From the NCBI GenBank assembly GCA_049472355.1, contig JBLIRP010000029.1:1-38166 (forward strand): DNA of 38,166 nt, in the 5' to 3' direction. This stretch comes from a bacterium (GTDB taxonomy: Bacteria; SZUA-182; DTGQ01; JAFGSM01). A model generated the notes under the pieces. It worked only from the letters and a program-made list of their open reading frames with translations. It did not search any database and was not told the origin of the DNA. Positions 37,912-38,166 of this stretch are shown piece after piece (the first letter of the stretch is position 1; each line of letters begins with the position of its first letter). Made by a program: the position numbers and the translations under genes.

Positions 37912-38166
37912 TGACGCCATTATGATAATTACAGGGACAAGGAAAGGGATCGGAAGAGCCTTATGTGAATACTATCTCAAGAAAGGATTTACAGTCATTG
38001 GATGCAGCAGAAAAGAATCAAATCTTGCTGATGATAATTATTATCACTATCAACTTGATATTGCCGACGAAAAACGTGTTATTGCAATGATAAAAAATGT
38101 GGCCAAGCGTTTTGGTAGGATCGACGTCCTGATTAACAATGCAGGCATCGCATCAATGAACCATAT
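37901..38166 (+). CDS. FabG-like short-chain dehydrogenase/reductase, 5' part
   Basis: Manual translation MKNNDAIMIITGTRKGIGRALCEYY...IDVLINNAGIASMNH with TGxxxGIG and NNAG motifs; runs off the window. Confidence 0.9.
   Translation, partial: MKNNDAIMIITGTRKGIGRALCEYYLKKGFTVIGCSRKESNLADDNYYHYQLDIADEKRVIAMIKNVAKRFGRIDVLINNAGIASMNH

Overview
Chromosomal window from a diderm bacterium, probably anaerobic. The gene content resembles Desulfobacterota, Nitrospirota or a candidate phylum, but taxonomy cannot be fixed from the sequence. Left end: the 5' part of an AHL synthase (luxI family, missing from the ORF track), divergent from an unknown ORF, with a 20-bp lux box between them. Next is an acyl-CoA/electron-transfer block (CoA-transferase, etfB, etfA, HdrD-like Fe-S protein). 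An accessory block follows: a sigma54 promoter, a small ORF, and two paralogous secreted Gly/Tyr/Leu-rich proteins with a shared C-terminal beta-rich domain, separated by a non-coding ~55-nt tandem array and convergent on a TraF/FadL-like outer-membrane barrel. The middle holds CBS, PPIase, HD-GYP and cold-shock genes, then the run ruvX-mltG-hisG-kinase-dapL-folK-panB-panC on the minus strand and ahbB-hemL on the plus strand. A lipid A/core LPS cluster follows (GT2, DegT/GnnB-like, lpxB, DUF374 split by a frameshift at an A10 run, waaA, LpxL-like, two GT9, GT4). The AT-rich right end carries a VioA-like aminotransferase, two ACPs and a partial FabG-like SDR. Best candidates for undescribed biology are the sigma54-linked glycine-rich secreted protein pair with its repeat array, the lux-box-controlled unknown gene, the DUF374 slippage site, and repeated copies of translation-start regions upstream of several genes. 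All family calls come from motif recognition by eye; no searches were run.
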